Position numbers and translations under genes: made by a program | Assembly: GCA_051294375.1 (NCBI GenBank) | Contig: JBJCIZ010000239.1 | Location: 1,506,581-1,570,580 of the forward strand | Length of the DNA stretch: 64,000 nt | Reading direction: 5' to 3' | Source: Paraspadella gotoi | Lineage: Eukaryota; Animalia; Chaetognatha | The notes under the pieces: model-generated | Database searches by the model: none | The model's input: only the letters and a program-made list of their open reading frames with translations | What the model was told of the DNA's origin: nothing | Shown here: piece after piece, positions 13,101 through 24,624 of the stretch | How the letters are laid out: each line of letters starts with the position of its first letter | How positions within the stretch are numbered: the stretch's first letter is position 1

Positions 13101-16100
13101 TGGGAAGAATCAGAATTGAGCGCTTGTGGAGTTCTGAATAAAAAAAAGAATCGTGAAAAAAAAATATGGGGAAAATAAAATAAGCACAGTGACCCCGATG
13201 TTTTTCTATTTTATAGACTCACTGTGCGAGACGAACTGGTGGCGAAGGGGAAGTTTTGTGTGGAGCTTCGCCTTCTTCGTCGATTTTTGCCCCCTGGAAA
13301 AAAAAAAGGTTAAAACATTGTGACGACGGTAGAGAAGAAAAATAGGTGAAAAAACATTAAATTTAACGAGTTCGAACGGCGAGGTTAATGAGCGAAAGAT
13401 TCAAGGGGTCAGCTGAATAAAAAAAAATGAAACAGAGAACCAAAGATAACGGGACGAAAATCAGAACTAAACTAGAAAAAAAATTCACAAAAATTAACAA
13501 AAAAAAGTCTCACATGTTGTGGCGAAGGACATGTACGGGTGCCTTCGTGGTTGCGTACAACGCCGGGACCTTGAGCCTAACTTTCCCGCCGGCGTCCTTG
13601 GCAACGGAAACGCTCTTAGCGACGGCGGCGGCGACGGGATCGGGCAGCGGCGCCGCGTGATGGTGGAGGCGGGTCGTCGTCAGGTGGGTGGGGATGCGGA
13701 AGACGGACGAGACGTCGGGCTTTTCGTCTGGGATTAATTAAAACGATTATTATAATTAATTAATAATTCAGTTTTTTAAACAAATAAACTTTCTAAAAGG
13801 TAAAAACAAAAGAAAACGAAAAGGTTATTGAAACGTTAAAAGTTAATTAAACGTTTACACGTTCAAAGTTTAAAAGTTATAAAATAGTTAAAATTGCTTG
13901 AATTGTTTTTTTTATTTTTTTTTACAGCGTAAAAGACTTGTTGGAATTTTTAATCAAAGTCGTTAAAAAAAAAACGCACTTGAGAATGGCCCTTTTGACA
14001 CAGAGTTAAGGCGCCTACCACATAAACTCGGATCCTCGATCAAATTATCAAACTATTGCAACCAACTGAAACACGAATCGTTTTAAAGCTACCTCACACA
14101 ATCCCGAACCGCAACAAATAATATACAACGCGATAACGACCCTACCGCTACAAGTAAATTAAATTAAACTAACTGCCAAACCTTTAACAACGACGAGATC
14201 GGCGAACGGCTTCTCATCTTTTACTTCCGTTTTTACGACGCTCGACTTGACGCGCCCAGAGTCTTCGCTCAAGCGCGTCAAGAGGCGCTCCGCCTCGGAG
14301 GGGGCGCGACGACGAGGACGGCGACGACGGCGGCAGGAGACGGAGTAACACGGAAGGGAACGAGAAGTTTTGGATCTATGAAAAATTAATAATAATTGAA
14401 AATAATAACGATTAATATAATTAAAGAAATTCGTAAAAAAAATACTCGCCTACAAAGCGACGAGTAACAAGCAATGTCGTCTTCTTCGTTCTCCTCAACG
14501 GCTTCGGTCTTGACGACCTCATCCCGCAAGGGCTCGTCGGCGTCACCGGCGCCGTCCGTCGCGGCGCCGCCGTCCGCCGCGGCGCCGCCGTCCGCCGCGG
14601 CGCCGCCGTCGCCCGACTCGCTCGAATCGCCGCTCGTCTCGCCCGCCTCGATCTCATCGGTCTTGTCCGCCTCTGCGTCGAGCAGCGCCACCCCGATCGA
14701 CGTCGCCGCGCAATCGCAGAACTCGACGGTGACGCGCTGCTTCGGCGACGCTTCCGGCGGCCAGAGCAGCGCCACCCGCGCGTCCACGTTGGCCAGCTGC
14801 TGCGCCTCGGTCGCCTGGAGGCGCTCGCGACGGAAGAGGAGGTCGTCCAAGGCGGCGCGGTGGGCGACGCGAGGGAAGAGACCGGCGCCGTTTTTTAATA
14901 GTTCGGCGCTGACGTTGATGACGGGCTGAAAAGACGATGGGGCAAAAAGAGAGAGTAAATATTGGCGAAATGATAGGATAGATAGATTTATTTCACCTGA
15001 TCGTCGGTCGGCTTCGGCGTCTCCGCCTTCATCTTTTCCCTTTGTTTCGACAGCGAAGAAACCGAGGACGCCGCGACTCGAGCGCTCCTCGTTCCCGAGC
15101 ACCAGAACCAACCCCCGCCCCCGGAGATCCTGTGCTCCTCCCCCCGCTGTTTCCAGACGTTGTGTTTGAGGCCGAGACTGTATTTGACCCACTTGGTTCG
15201 GTCCACCTCCGCTTCTCTTCCTTCTTCTTCCTTCTTTTCTTTCTTGTCCGTTTTTTTCTTCTCGTCTCGTTCGGCCTGAGTCACTCGTTTCAAAGGAGGA
15301 GGATGACCTAGGAGAATGGGGGTGACATACACATGTGATCAAAAAAGGTTTAAACTTTAAACCCCCTACTATCTCGCTTGTCTATCGTCCTATTAATTAA
15401 AACTTGGGTTCGTTCGAAAGCCAAGACAAAGATCTTTCATTCGAGCCCATGGCGAGGTTTCTAGGCTAAATATCATAACTATTAAAGCATCCATCCACTA
15501 TGTATATATAATTATATATACTTTATATATATAGTATTCTGTAAGTTGGTTCTTTCCAAGCATCAGTCTTCGATCCCCCATCGTCTCTCACCAAGGGACA
15601 TGTGCCAGACTTCGTTGAAGAGCACCGGCTTGACGACCGACTCGAGAATTCCTAAGGCCAAAGCGAATTCCCTGTAACCGGTAGAGATCATAACGGCCCT
15701 TCGCCAGTTGGCGCGTTGGATCGGCCACACCGGGTGCATGAAGAACTGGGAAGGAAAATGAAAACAAAAACTTGGGAGACGGGGAAAGCTTGGAGATGGG
15801 AAAACTTTGAGGGTTAACTGGGCTTTACCTGAGGTATGTTATTCTCCAGTGCGGAGAGGGTGTGTCGCAGGGAATGGATTATGTTGTCTTTGAAGCCAAT
15901 AATAGATCCCGTCCACTAAAATTGAACCAAAAATCCATCGCTGGACGTTAGTTACATTCTCCAGTATTGGGAAATCAAAAGTTTAAACTCCACGGGCAAA
16001 AACCTTAAATTCCGAAAGCGGCGTCAGAGAAAACTTGTGCGACATGTGACGCTTCTTGTCTCTATCTTCTTGATGCTGCGTTTTATTGAGCGCCAACGCG

Positions 16101-19100
16101 TTGACCGAAAATTGGTTGACCCAACTCTTGTACGAGTTCTCCATCCCGAGTTTGAAGAGATTGTCCTGGAAAAGTTGAAGAGGGGAAGACTTTTGTACAT
16201 GGATTCTCACGTGAAAAACGTTTATTACGAAATCTCACCTCGTTCACGACGGAAGATAAAGTAGAGGATTTAACGACGTTGCGAAAAGATCCTGGGAAAA
16301 AGAAAATTGATATTTTTCAAGTCTCTCTCGACTGCATTAAACAAATCGAAACTAAACATCCAATATTCGTGTCGTAAATGTGCGCGATGTCACACAAATC
16401 ACAGTAAATGTGCGCGATGTCACACAAAACACAGTAAATGTGCGCGACGTCACACAAAACACAGTACGTATTACGAATCGTCACGTGACCAATAGTCACC
16501 GTAAGTCTTCGTCCCCGTCGCTTCCGCCTTAGAACCGGCGTCGGCGGCGACGTCGGCCTTTTGTCCGCCGACGACGGCGGCGGCGATTTCGTCGACGGGG
16601 ATGCGACTCGAGGTGGTCGACGTCCGAAGACCTCCTCCGGCCGTCGACGTCGACATCGTCGTCCGCTGATCCTTGTTGGTGGAGAGAGCCAGGGTGAGTT
16701 TGGTTCCGTCTTTGTTGACGAGGACGACGGTTTTCGTTGTGGTTGACGTCGCTGCGGGGGGTTGGTTATCTGCTGAGGAGGGTCATTGGTTATTTCAAGG
16801 TCATTTAGATGGTATAAATTGTAAGATGAGATTCTTTTACCTTGGCCTTGGGCGACGTCGCCAATGACGTCGTTTTGGGTTTCCATATCGACTGTTCCGT
16901 CCTTGAAAAGGCAACAGAGCAGATTAAAAGAAAAAAGAGGAGAAAGGAAAGGAAAGGAAAGGAAAGGAAAGGAAAGGAAAGGAAAGATATAATAAGTTCT
17001 TCCCCGCCCCTCAACGAACCTCGACGACGTTGGCCTGACTCTGCATTGATTCCTCCAAGGCGGAGTCATCTCCGCTTCTTCCAACATCTCGACTCGAAGT
17101 CTTTTCCTTATCCAACTCCAGCCTCTTCATCTCTTCCTCTTTGGCTCGACGCTCAGCTCGCTCGCGTTGGAGTTTTAAGAGCCTCTCTGGAGAGACGAAT
17201 AAAAGAAAGAAAATAAGGATTAAAACAATGATTACAACTGACACAAGGCGGAGTACAACATAATATTCCCCGATCTAATGCTTCCGAGGGAGTGGTCCTT
17301 TTATACCATCGAAACATTCTTTGTCATATTGTACCACTTCATTGATAGGGAAGCCAGGTACTCTGGGAGTGAATAAACTAAACCGAGACTGAGAGAGTGT
17401 CTTGATTGAGCGCTCGCAAGGTCCTGCTATGTTACTATCTTGTGAGATGAATGGAGTTCTTAACCCATTATAGCCTGTCCAAAGTCACGGGCAAGATAAC
17501 TAATTTAATAATTTTAAATCGGTTTTACCAATTTTACAACGATCCTATTTGACATTATTTTTCAGCGTTTCTTCACAGCCTCATCCCTCACCGTTGTGAT
17601 ACTCCAAATAAGAGATCTTAGCTCCCTTGTGATCCTTGGAAAGAGATTCGGTGATGCTCATTTGTTTTTCGATGACTTCGCGACTCTCCTCCAGCGCCTC
17701 CACGAGCTCCGCCTCCCAAGATTTACGGTCCAACGCGTCCATGAGCTCGTCGAACTGAGGCTTCGACGAGTAGTACCAAACTTCGTCCGCGGAGCTGTGG
17801 CTGGATGGAGAAGGAAATGAATAAAATTCATATGTAAACTTTGTAATGGTTAATCGTAAAATACGTAGCAGTTCAAATTCCTTAGAATTGCATATTTACA
17901 TTTAGCCAGAGTAGGCCGATAAAATTTTCCTTAGGAACTCATGTTAAAACATTTTTGAAACCTAGTCCAGCTACAACTTAAACATGAGCTTAGTGCCAAA
18001 AAATTTTAAATCAAGAATCCATTGCATGATCAATAATGTACGAGTAAATATACAACAGAGGCTGGAATATTAAAAATAACAAAATTTTTATTTATAAAGC
18101 ATTATGTTCCGAGCCATAAATATTTACATCTCCATAAGCCATAAAAACGTAAAAGTTCCGGCGATAAGCTTTGTTACTGCAACATGCAAATGAGATTAAA
18201 AATTTTAGCCGTCCAAATGGGATTTGTTTCTCTTTTCTTGTCCAATTTACTTCGCAATCTTACGTTAGCTCTAACCTATTATTAAAATACTAACAAGGTG
18301 CAAAAAATATTCAACACATCCTACTTACACGACGATCCTTCTCGCCACGAAATAGTACTTCCGGTTGTGGCGATCGATTCCAAGCGCCTCCTGGCGACAG
18401 AGGAATCCGCCGCGCTCTGCCTCGCTCACGCAGTCGGTGACGCCCGTGGTGAGATGAGACTCACAGACGGAGCAGATCCAGTCTTCGGTAGGAATATCGT
18501 CGAGCGGCGGGGTTACGCAAGCTGGAGAAATTGCGATTGTGAAAATTTATATTAAATGTTTAATAAAAATTCCTTTATTAAGCTGCCCAATAATAACCTT
18601 ACCGAGATGAAAGGTAGCGCTGCAAGTCTCGCAGCAGAGAAGGTCGCCAACGCGGTGGCAGACGCGGCAGTGATCGTCGTAGCGAATTGCGCCCTCTGAA
18701 AAAGACACGAGTATGTTGGAGGCGGATTCATTTCCAATTCGTTTTAAAAAAACAGGGACAAAGATGGCGCTGAAGGTCGTGAAAAGTGGAATTGCGTTTA
18801 CCGTTGGTGATGTCTTCACGAATCACGTTGGTGGTGAGCAGGGCGTCGGTGAGAAGATTCAGAACTTTGAGTCGATTGTGAAAAGAAGTGAAGGGATACT
18901 CGTCCTTCATCACCGCCTCCACGCCGGACGCGTACTCCGTGTCGCTTTGGAATAACTAAAATTCACGGCAATTTTTAAAATCAAAATACGTTAAATAATA
19001 ATACACATTATTAATTTAATCGTGGATCCTCGCCTGTTTCAAAACTTGGGGCCAGGTCAAGTGATCCATGAAAAAGATGATGGTGTTCAATCCGTCCTTG

Positions 19101-22100
19101 ATGTCCTGAGGACCGAAGTGGGTGTTGCTTCTTTCTTCCTCGCGAATAAGAGATCTTAGAAGTGCCATGTGAATCTGAAAGTGGTTTTGTGAATTGGGGC
19201 CATTTGTGATCTTACTGTATGAAACTAAAAAGAAAATTAGGGAATTTCACGACATTTTTTAACTCTTATTGTCTTTATTACCGAAATTTAAATTTTTTTT
19301 TAATAAGGTACATTTTAAAAATCTCATTCATTTTATCTCATTGGTTTAAAACTATGTTCCAAAAGTTAAAGACTAACCATATTAATCCTAAAAAGAGCAA
19401 AAACGTTTTCACATTTCGACTCAACAGAGGTCCCCCTCTGCTCTCCAAAATCATTCCAAAACAAAAAGACAAGAACTAAGTGGGGAAGAGCTTACCCCTG
19501 CATTCTCTCTATCGAACGCAAATGTATACCAAATTGAAGGCTCTTCTGTTTGGCTCTTCCGTTTTATCAGAGCAGGGGGAGAATGGATCCTCATCCTCTT
19601 CCTTTCGTGCTCTTCTTCCTCATGCTAGCGTTGCAACCGCCGCTGTGCCCAAAAAATATATAAAGGCTCTGCCTCAACGCCCTAATACACCACACGCACC
19701 ATGAGCAATTTGAGCAAAAAGCAAGTTAAGATAAACCGGAAAAAATTCATAACCGCATGAATCGGGTTATAAAATCTGAGAAAAAGGCGTCACCGAACTG
19801 AGTAACAAGACCACACCCTTCTTGCCAACCAAAGGAAAGCGAGACTCGCGCTATCGCTTTCTCGGAAGAGGAAAGAAAACCGGAAAAAAAATCGATCGAG
19901 CAAATATCGCCCAAAAATGCAAGCGCCAGGAGAAGTAATCAAGTTGGAAGTTAAAGACGACGTGGCTCCATCAGCGCCGCCGATGGAAGGTGGAATTTCC
20001 CCCGCGCCTTTGCCCGGTCATCCGGGCGGACCGACGCCGGTTGGTTGGGCGCCTCTGCCCGCGCAAAACCAAATGCCGCCGAACAGTCCGCCAGGTAAAA
20101 ATCATTTATGGCGATTTTTCTTTTTTTTGGTTTTTATTTAAATCACATGAAGATGATATCTATTACACACTAAGGCCTGGAATACCTTGTTCTCGTCGAT
20201 CAACTCTTGGTCCACCAAAAGATGGAAGCCTTTGAAATCATGTCCGGCTGGGAGACAGAGAACAAGTACGAAGTCAAGAATTCCATGGGCCAAAAAATCT
20301 ACTCCGTGGAAGAAGACTCCGGCTGCTGCGGGAGATGTTGCTGCGGCAACGCCCGAGCCTGGGACATCAACATCCTGGACAACTTTCAAAAAACCGTCAT
20401 GCGGTTATCGCGGGGCCTCCGCTGCTCCCACTGCTGCTTCCCCTGCTGTCTGCAGAAGGTGGAAGTAGAGGCCCCAGTGGGGACGCGCATCGGTTACGTG
20501 ACCCAGGACTGGTCCCTTTGTCGCAGTTACTTCACGATCCACGACGCGGATCACAAGCCAGTGTTGAAAATCAAGGGCCCTTGCTACATGCGGTGCAAGT
20601 GTTTCGGGGACATTCCCTTCGACGTGATGACCCTCGATGGGCAGAAAGTTGGCAAAGTGACCAAGCAATGGTCGGGCGCCGTGCAAGAAGTCATTTCTGA
20701 CGCCGACAATTTCGGAATCACTTTCCCGATGGACTTGGACGTGAAAGTGAAAGGTTGCTTGCTCGCCGCTTGTCTCCTCATCGATTTCATGTTCTTCGAG
20801 GAGAGTCAATCGGAGATCAAAAAGAAAAAGAAGAAAATGGCGAAGGCGGCCAATCTCGCCGCATGATCGCGTGATCACGTTTGCGCGTGGGAGCAAAAAT
20901 CTTTTTTCTATTGTGCAACAATGTTAGGGATTTATTTTTAATTTATACTGAGGTTGGCTTATTAATCAAGAAAAAAAATTAAGATTTGACACTGCCAACA
21001 TTTTATTTCTTGGATTTTTTTTTCCTACTCTCATATATTTTTGGACTTTTTTTTTTAATACTCCTCTAAGTATTTTTTAAGCGGACTGTCTGTATATGAC
21101 CTGCAAATTAAAATTTTTACCTTGCGTGCCTGTAGCTATTTCCATAAATATTTTTGGCAAAGTTTAAATCCATGACAGCCCGACCTTTTCAGCTTCATTT
21201 ATACTAAGCCATTCGGAAATTATACGTCTTCATAAAACACTTGGCCTATTTGAGATTAGACCGCTTTAAACGCTTAAAAACTTGTTGCTGTAGTCGTTTA
21301 AGATCTCGCCGCTACTATAGTCGCTTTAGTCTGAAACTTTCCCTTTCTCTTATTCGCAATTGTACGGGATATGATCTAATTGTTCTTTCTCCCTTAGGGG
21401 AAGCAGCAATTGATCAGCATTCCGAAAACAATTTAGCCACCTTCAGTAATACTATTTTTTTGTTCCAACGCTTCGTCTTGTAATGAAACCTTCCAACTTT
21501 TTGATCATGTTAAAACCAGCGGAAATTTATCGCTGCGTTTACGATCGTTTGCTTTTGTCAAATACAAACCCATCTTTGTCTTATTTCTGTCTTTTATTAT
21601 CAGTAAATAAAATAACACTTTGATTTTTGAGTTTAGCCAGGCTGTTCGATGCAACATCACGCACCCGATATTCTAGTCTAACCAAGCAACAAACTGGTCT
21701 TCATTTATTTCGCGATGCTGCAGTTAGAATCCGAAAAACAGACCTTACCCTCCCTTTCCCCCAAAAGACTAACCTCGGCCAGCAAGAGACTCTGGTCTTT
21801 GCTGATCATCGCCATGCAGAATTCTTCGAATCGAAAGGGCGAGAGACGAATGAGATTCCGGAAGTGACGAAGGATCTCGTAGACTCCTAAAGCCGTCATC
21901 ACGGAATCTGAAATATGGGAGAGGGGAAATACAGATGCAACATTTGAGATTTTGCTATCATGTCGTTTACTTGCAGTAATAAAATATGATAGAGTCTTGA
22001 TTGTAAGCTTGCAGAGACATGCTATATCATTATCTTGTGATGGAGTGAAGGAGGCCTTAAACAACCATCGCCTGTCCAAAGTCGGGGGGCAAGATAGCTT

Positions 22101-23705
22101 ATTTATTAAATGAATGTATAAATTGATATTGGATAAAGGTTCAGTATTGAAGATGATGTAAAGTTTATTCTTTACAGATTTTGAAAACAAAAAACCGAAA
22201 ATGCCAAGCGACCAACTGCAACGACCATTCTCACCGTGGGGAATGACGAGATCGTTGGATGACGGCGGCAGCGCGAGATCCGGAGGCGGCGTCGCCTCCA
22301 ATTCGAAGCCGGCGTCGTGAAGTTTGAGGCCGGACTTGACGGGCGCGGAAGAGGAGAAGCTGAATAGTCGAGAGAGGAAGGAAGATTAAAGACAGAAATG
22401 AAGAATTTAGTATGAAATAAATGTGAGAGAGTCTTGAAAGCTTGCAGGGGACCTGCTATGTCATTATCTTGTAAGAGTGATGGAGGGCCTTAAACCACCA
22501 AAGTCTGTCCAAAAATCAGGGGCAAGATAGCTTATTTATTAAACGAATGGATAATTTTTATATTACATGACATGCCACGCCTTGCCCAACCTCCCACCCC
22601 TTTTAAATCCCCACGACTCACTTGGTGCTGGCTTCGGAGAGGTTGGAAGCGGATTCTTCGTCTCCCGAGTCGGAAACTTCCTCGACGTCGTCGCCGGAGC
22701 TTCGACTCCACGCGTCGGCCTGAAGAGGAAGGATTTGAAAAAAAAAAAAAAAACAATCAAGAACGTTGACTCAATCAATCAATCAATCATTTCCCTAAAA
22801 TAATCACAAACAATAGTAAAAACTTTTTTCCTGATTTAAAAATTTACTTAATAAACTAAAATGAGCAACAAATTCGAAAAAATAATCAAATTTTCAAAAA
22901 AGAACCAAACAATCACAGAATCAATCAATGGTTAATTTTAAAACAAAATTCATAAAGTAAAAGTAAATTTTTTTTTATAAATTTACAACATTGACCTCAT
23001 CGGAGGGCGCCGGTGGGGTGGAGCCGTCGCCGTGTCCATCGTCCCAGTCCGAGTTTAAAGAGAGAAATGAAGCGGGAGCGGCGCCGCCCCGTCCGCGGCG
23101 CCGACCAGAACCGCGCGCCGACCTGAAAAAAAAAAAAAATCAAGGGATTGTGTTTCCAAAAGAATGGCTCGCTAGCTTTAAACATTTTTATGTCCAAATT
23201 TCAATTTTCTTCATCCAAAATCGTACGTTTCGCAAGTTTCGCTATAACGATTTTCAACTACGAAGCACAATTTGACAATTGACACTGGATGAATACATCG
23301 TGATCATTTGAAAGCTGCTAATATAAAAAAAAAAGTCACCATACGAAACCGGGTCGTTTTAACGGCAAGGAATAATCCTCTGCGGCTCTCTTTAATTTCA
23401 TAATATTATTAATAATGTTAATAATTAATTATTTTGAGTTGTATTATCTTCAGAAACTCACCCTCTGCGGCTCTCCTTGGACGGAGTGCTGGAGCGCGAA
23501 CTAAAAAAAAAAAGAATAATAAATATTAATAAAAAAAAACAAGCCTATTAGAAATAACTTATAGAAAAGCCTGGTTTCGGACTCGCCTATTCCTCGAGAA
23601 GAGGTGCGTGACTTTGGGTTTCTTCAAAAAGTTGGAGAGAGAGGGAATGACGGGCACCGGCGTCTTTGGTGGACGGCCCCGCTTCCGCCCGGTCGGGGTG
23701 GACAT
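1170..23705 (-). CDS. BPTF: BPTF/NURF301, nucleosome remodelling factor large subunit (multi-exon)
   Basis: Starts with AT-hook-like MSTPTGRKRGRPPK (23705). DDT domain ALGVYEILRHFRNLIRLSPFRFEEFC/IHMALLRSLIREEE (~21900-19030). PHD YDDHCRVCHRVGDLLCCETC (~18700). Conserved blocks FKLGMENSYKSWVNQFSVN (~16150) and WPYPCPRPYFRTSWRYR (~13000). Two C-terminal PHD fingers (2040-2850) and a bromodomain HKMAWPFL...MDL (1170-1650), ending at TAA 1170-1172. Confidence 0.96.
1725..2010 (+). repeat. Dispersed ~280-bp intronic repeat, copy 1 (SINE/MITE-like, unclassified)
   Basis: Shared core ccacttcattgatagggaagccagg...gtcttgattgaaagcttgcag...ctgctatgtcattatcttgt...gcctgtccaaagtc.ggg.caagata, also seen at ~5140, ~17270, ~21990 and ~22423. 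Confidence 0.8.
5140..5345 (-). repeat. Dispersed intronic repeat, copy 2 (inverted)
   Basis: Reverse complement of the same core (cttccctatcaatgaag, caagctttcattcaagact, tcttgcccccgactt). Confidence 0.75.
5490..5650 (-). repeat. Coding 30-bp minisatellite (~5x PVCKPISASI) in a BPTF exon
   Basis: Unit gggatggaggcggagatcggcttacatacg repeated; matches the ORF 5390-6931 translation. Confidence 0.9.
6120..6292 (-). repeat. Coding 42-bp minisatellite (4x LNPLTNLAPTITTS) in a BPTF exon
   Basis: Near-perfect unit taagagaagtggtgatagtaggggcgagattagtgagaggat. Confidence 0.92.
7772..10315 (+). CDS. SMYD-family SET/MYND lysine methyltransferase (SMYD2/3-like), nested antisense in a BPTF intron
   Basis: Spliced MSKLEIFVSEDK/GRGLRA N-terminus. 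MYND finger CHRC...CSKCKFALYCDAACQKAAWPDHKMEC. SET motifs SLFNH/SCLPNA and EEILISYVD, post-SET YGFRCNCNAC, and a C-terminal THGLEHP TPR-like segment. Confidence 0.92.
16374..16466. repeat. 30-bp tandem repeat x3 (intronic)
   Basis: gtaaatgtgcgcgatgtcacacaaaacaca repeated three times. Confidence 0.85.
16942..16986. repeat. (GGAAA)n microsatellite
   Basis: Read directly from the sequence. Confidence 0.9.
17270..17540 (+). repeat. Dispersed intronic repeat, copy 3
   Basis: Colinear with 1725-2010 (gagtggtc...taccacttcattgatagggaagccagg...gcctgtccaaagtca). Confidence 0.8.
19917..20866 (+). CDS. Phospholipid scramblase (PLSCR family), nested antisense in a BPTF intron; exons 19917-20094 and 20175-20866
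   Basis: Pro-rich N-terminus, then PPGLEYLVLVDQLLVHQKME...ETENKY, Cys-rich CCFPCCLQ, and DADNFGITFPMDLDVKVKGCLLAACLLIDFMFFE. Confidence 0.95.
21990..22565 (+). repeat. Two truncated copies (4 and 5: ~21990-22125 and ~22423-22565) of the dispersed intronic repeat
   Basis: gagtcttga..aagcttgcag...gctat.tcattatcttgt...gccttaaac...tgtccaaa...gggcaagatagcttatttattaaa present twice. Confidence 0.8.
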
Positions 23706-24624
23706 GTCGGGGCCTGATCGAGAGAGAAGGAGAGAGAGATCCACCGGGCGGGGTCGGTTGGGGCTTAGGATGAGAACGTTTTCAAGCGCGAGCGGGAGCC
23801 ATGCGGAATCCGCGCGCGGGCGAAGATTAGCGCGAGAGAGAGAGAGCGAGAGAGAGAGAGAAAGAGAAGAAGACTTTTCCGTCTAGAGACTTTTTTCTTT
23901 CTTTTTCGCGACGGGAAGAAGAAAAAAAAGAAAGAAGGGATCACGTGACCACAACAAAGAATTCTTTTTTGCCTTCGAGCGGAGTTTTAGGATATTATTT
24001 ATCTATTTGTATATTCCCGAGAACGATTCGGACGTTTATTTATATCAATGCCTTTATTTAGCCGAGGATTTCTAAGAAATAAGCGACGAAAGTTAGCATT
24101 CGAGACGATTACATCCAATTGTCGGCGACAAGAAATTTCGACGAATTCGCCGCCGAATTGGCTGAGGATAAAAGCAAAGGGAAAACAATGACATCCGGGA
24201 CTTTTCGTCGGCTCGACCAAAGATTCGTCGCCGATCGGCCGCCAGGAGAGGAGACCATCTTTCGAACGTGCTCCTCATCCCGGTAGATGAGAGGGAGAGA
24301 GAGACCATCTTGACGATCACTTCCGTCCGGGGTCGACCTCGACGACTTTTCTCTCCCAGTCTCCTCGTAATCTTCACTAATTTTTGTCCACAAAGTTAAC
24401 TCATCCTTTTTTTTAAATTTAAAATGTTCTGAAACAGTAAAAAGAAAACTGTGATGAAACAAAAGATCACTCTGAGAAATTTTTGAAAGAAAAAGAGAAA
24501 AAAAAAAGTTGATATCTGACGCAATAATCGAAGAAAAGATATCAGGATTCAGGACCGGCCGGTTTTGTTCCATTCCCACGTTAAAATCCCAGTTCGGTAG
24601 ATAATCTGATTATAAGTCAAAATA
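23706..24624. promoter_or_regulatory. Likely bidirectional promoter region between BPTF and the AIMP2-like gene; E-box TCACGTGA at 23941
   Basis: Head-to-head start codons ~920 bp apart, with a palindromic E-box and a GA-repeat in between. The function is inferred, not shown. Confidence 0.4.

Noticed and set aside
23999-24579. Small minus-strand ORFs between BPTF and the AIMP2-like gene
   Set aside because: No recognisable domain or consistent spliced frame; more likely promoter or UTR.
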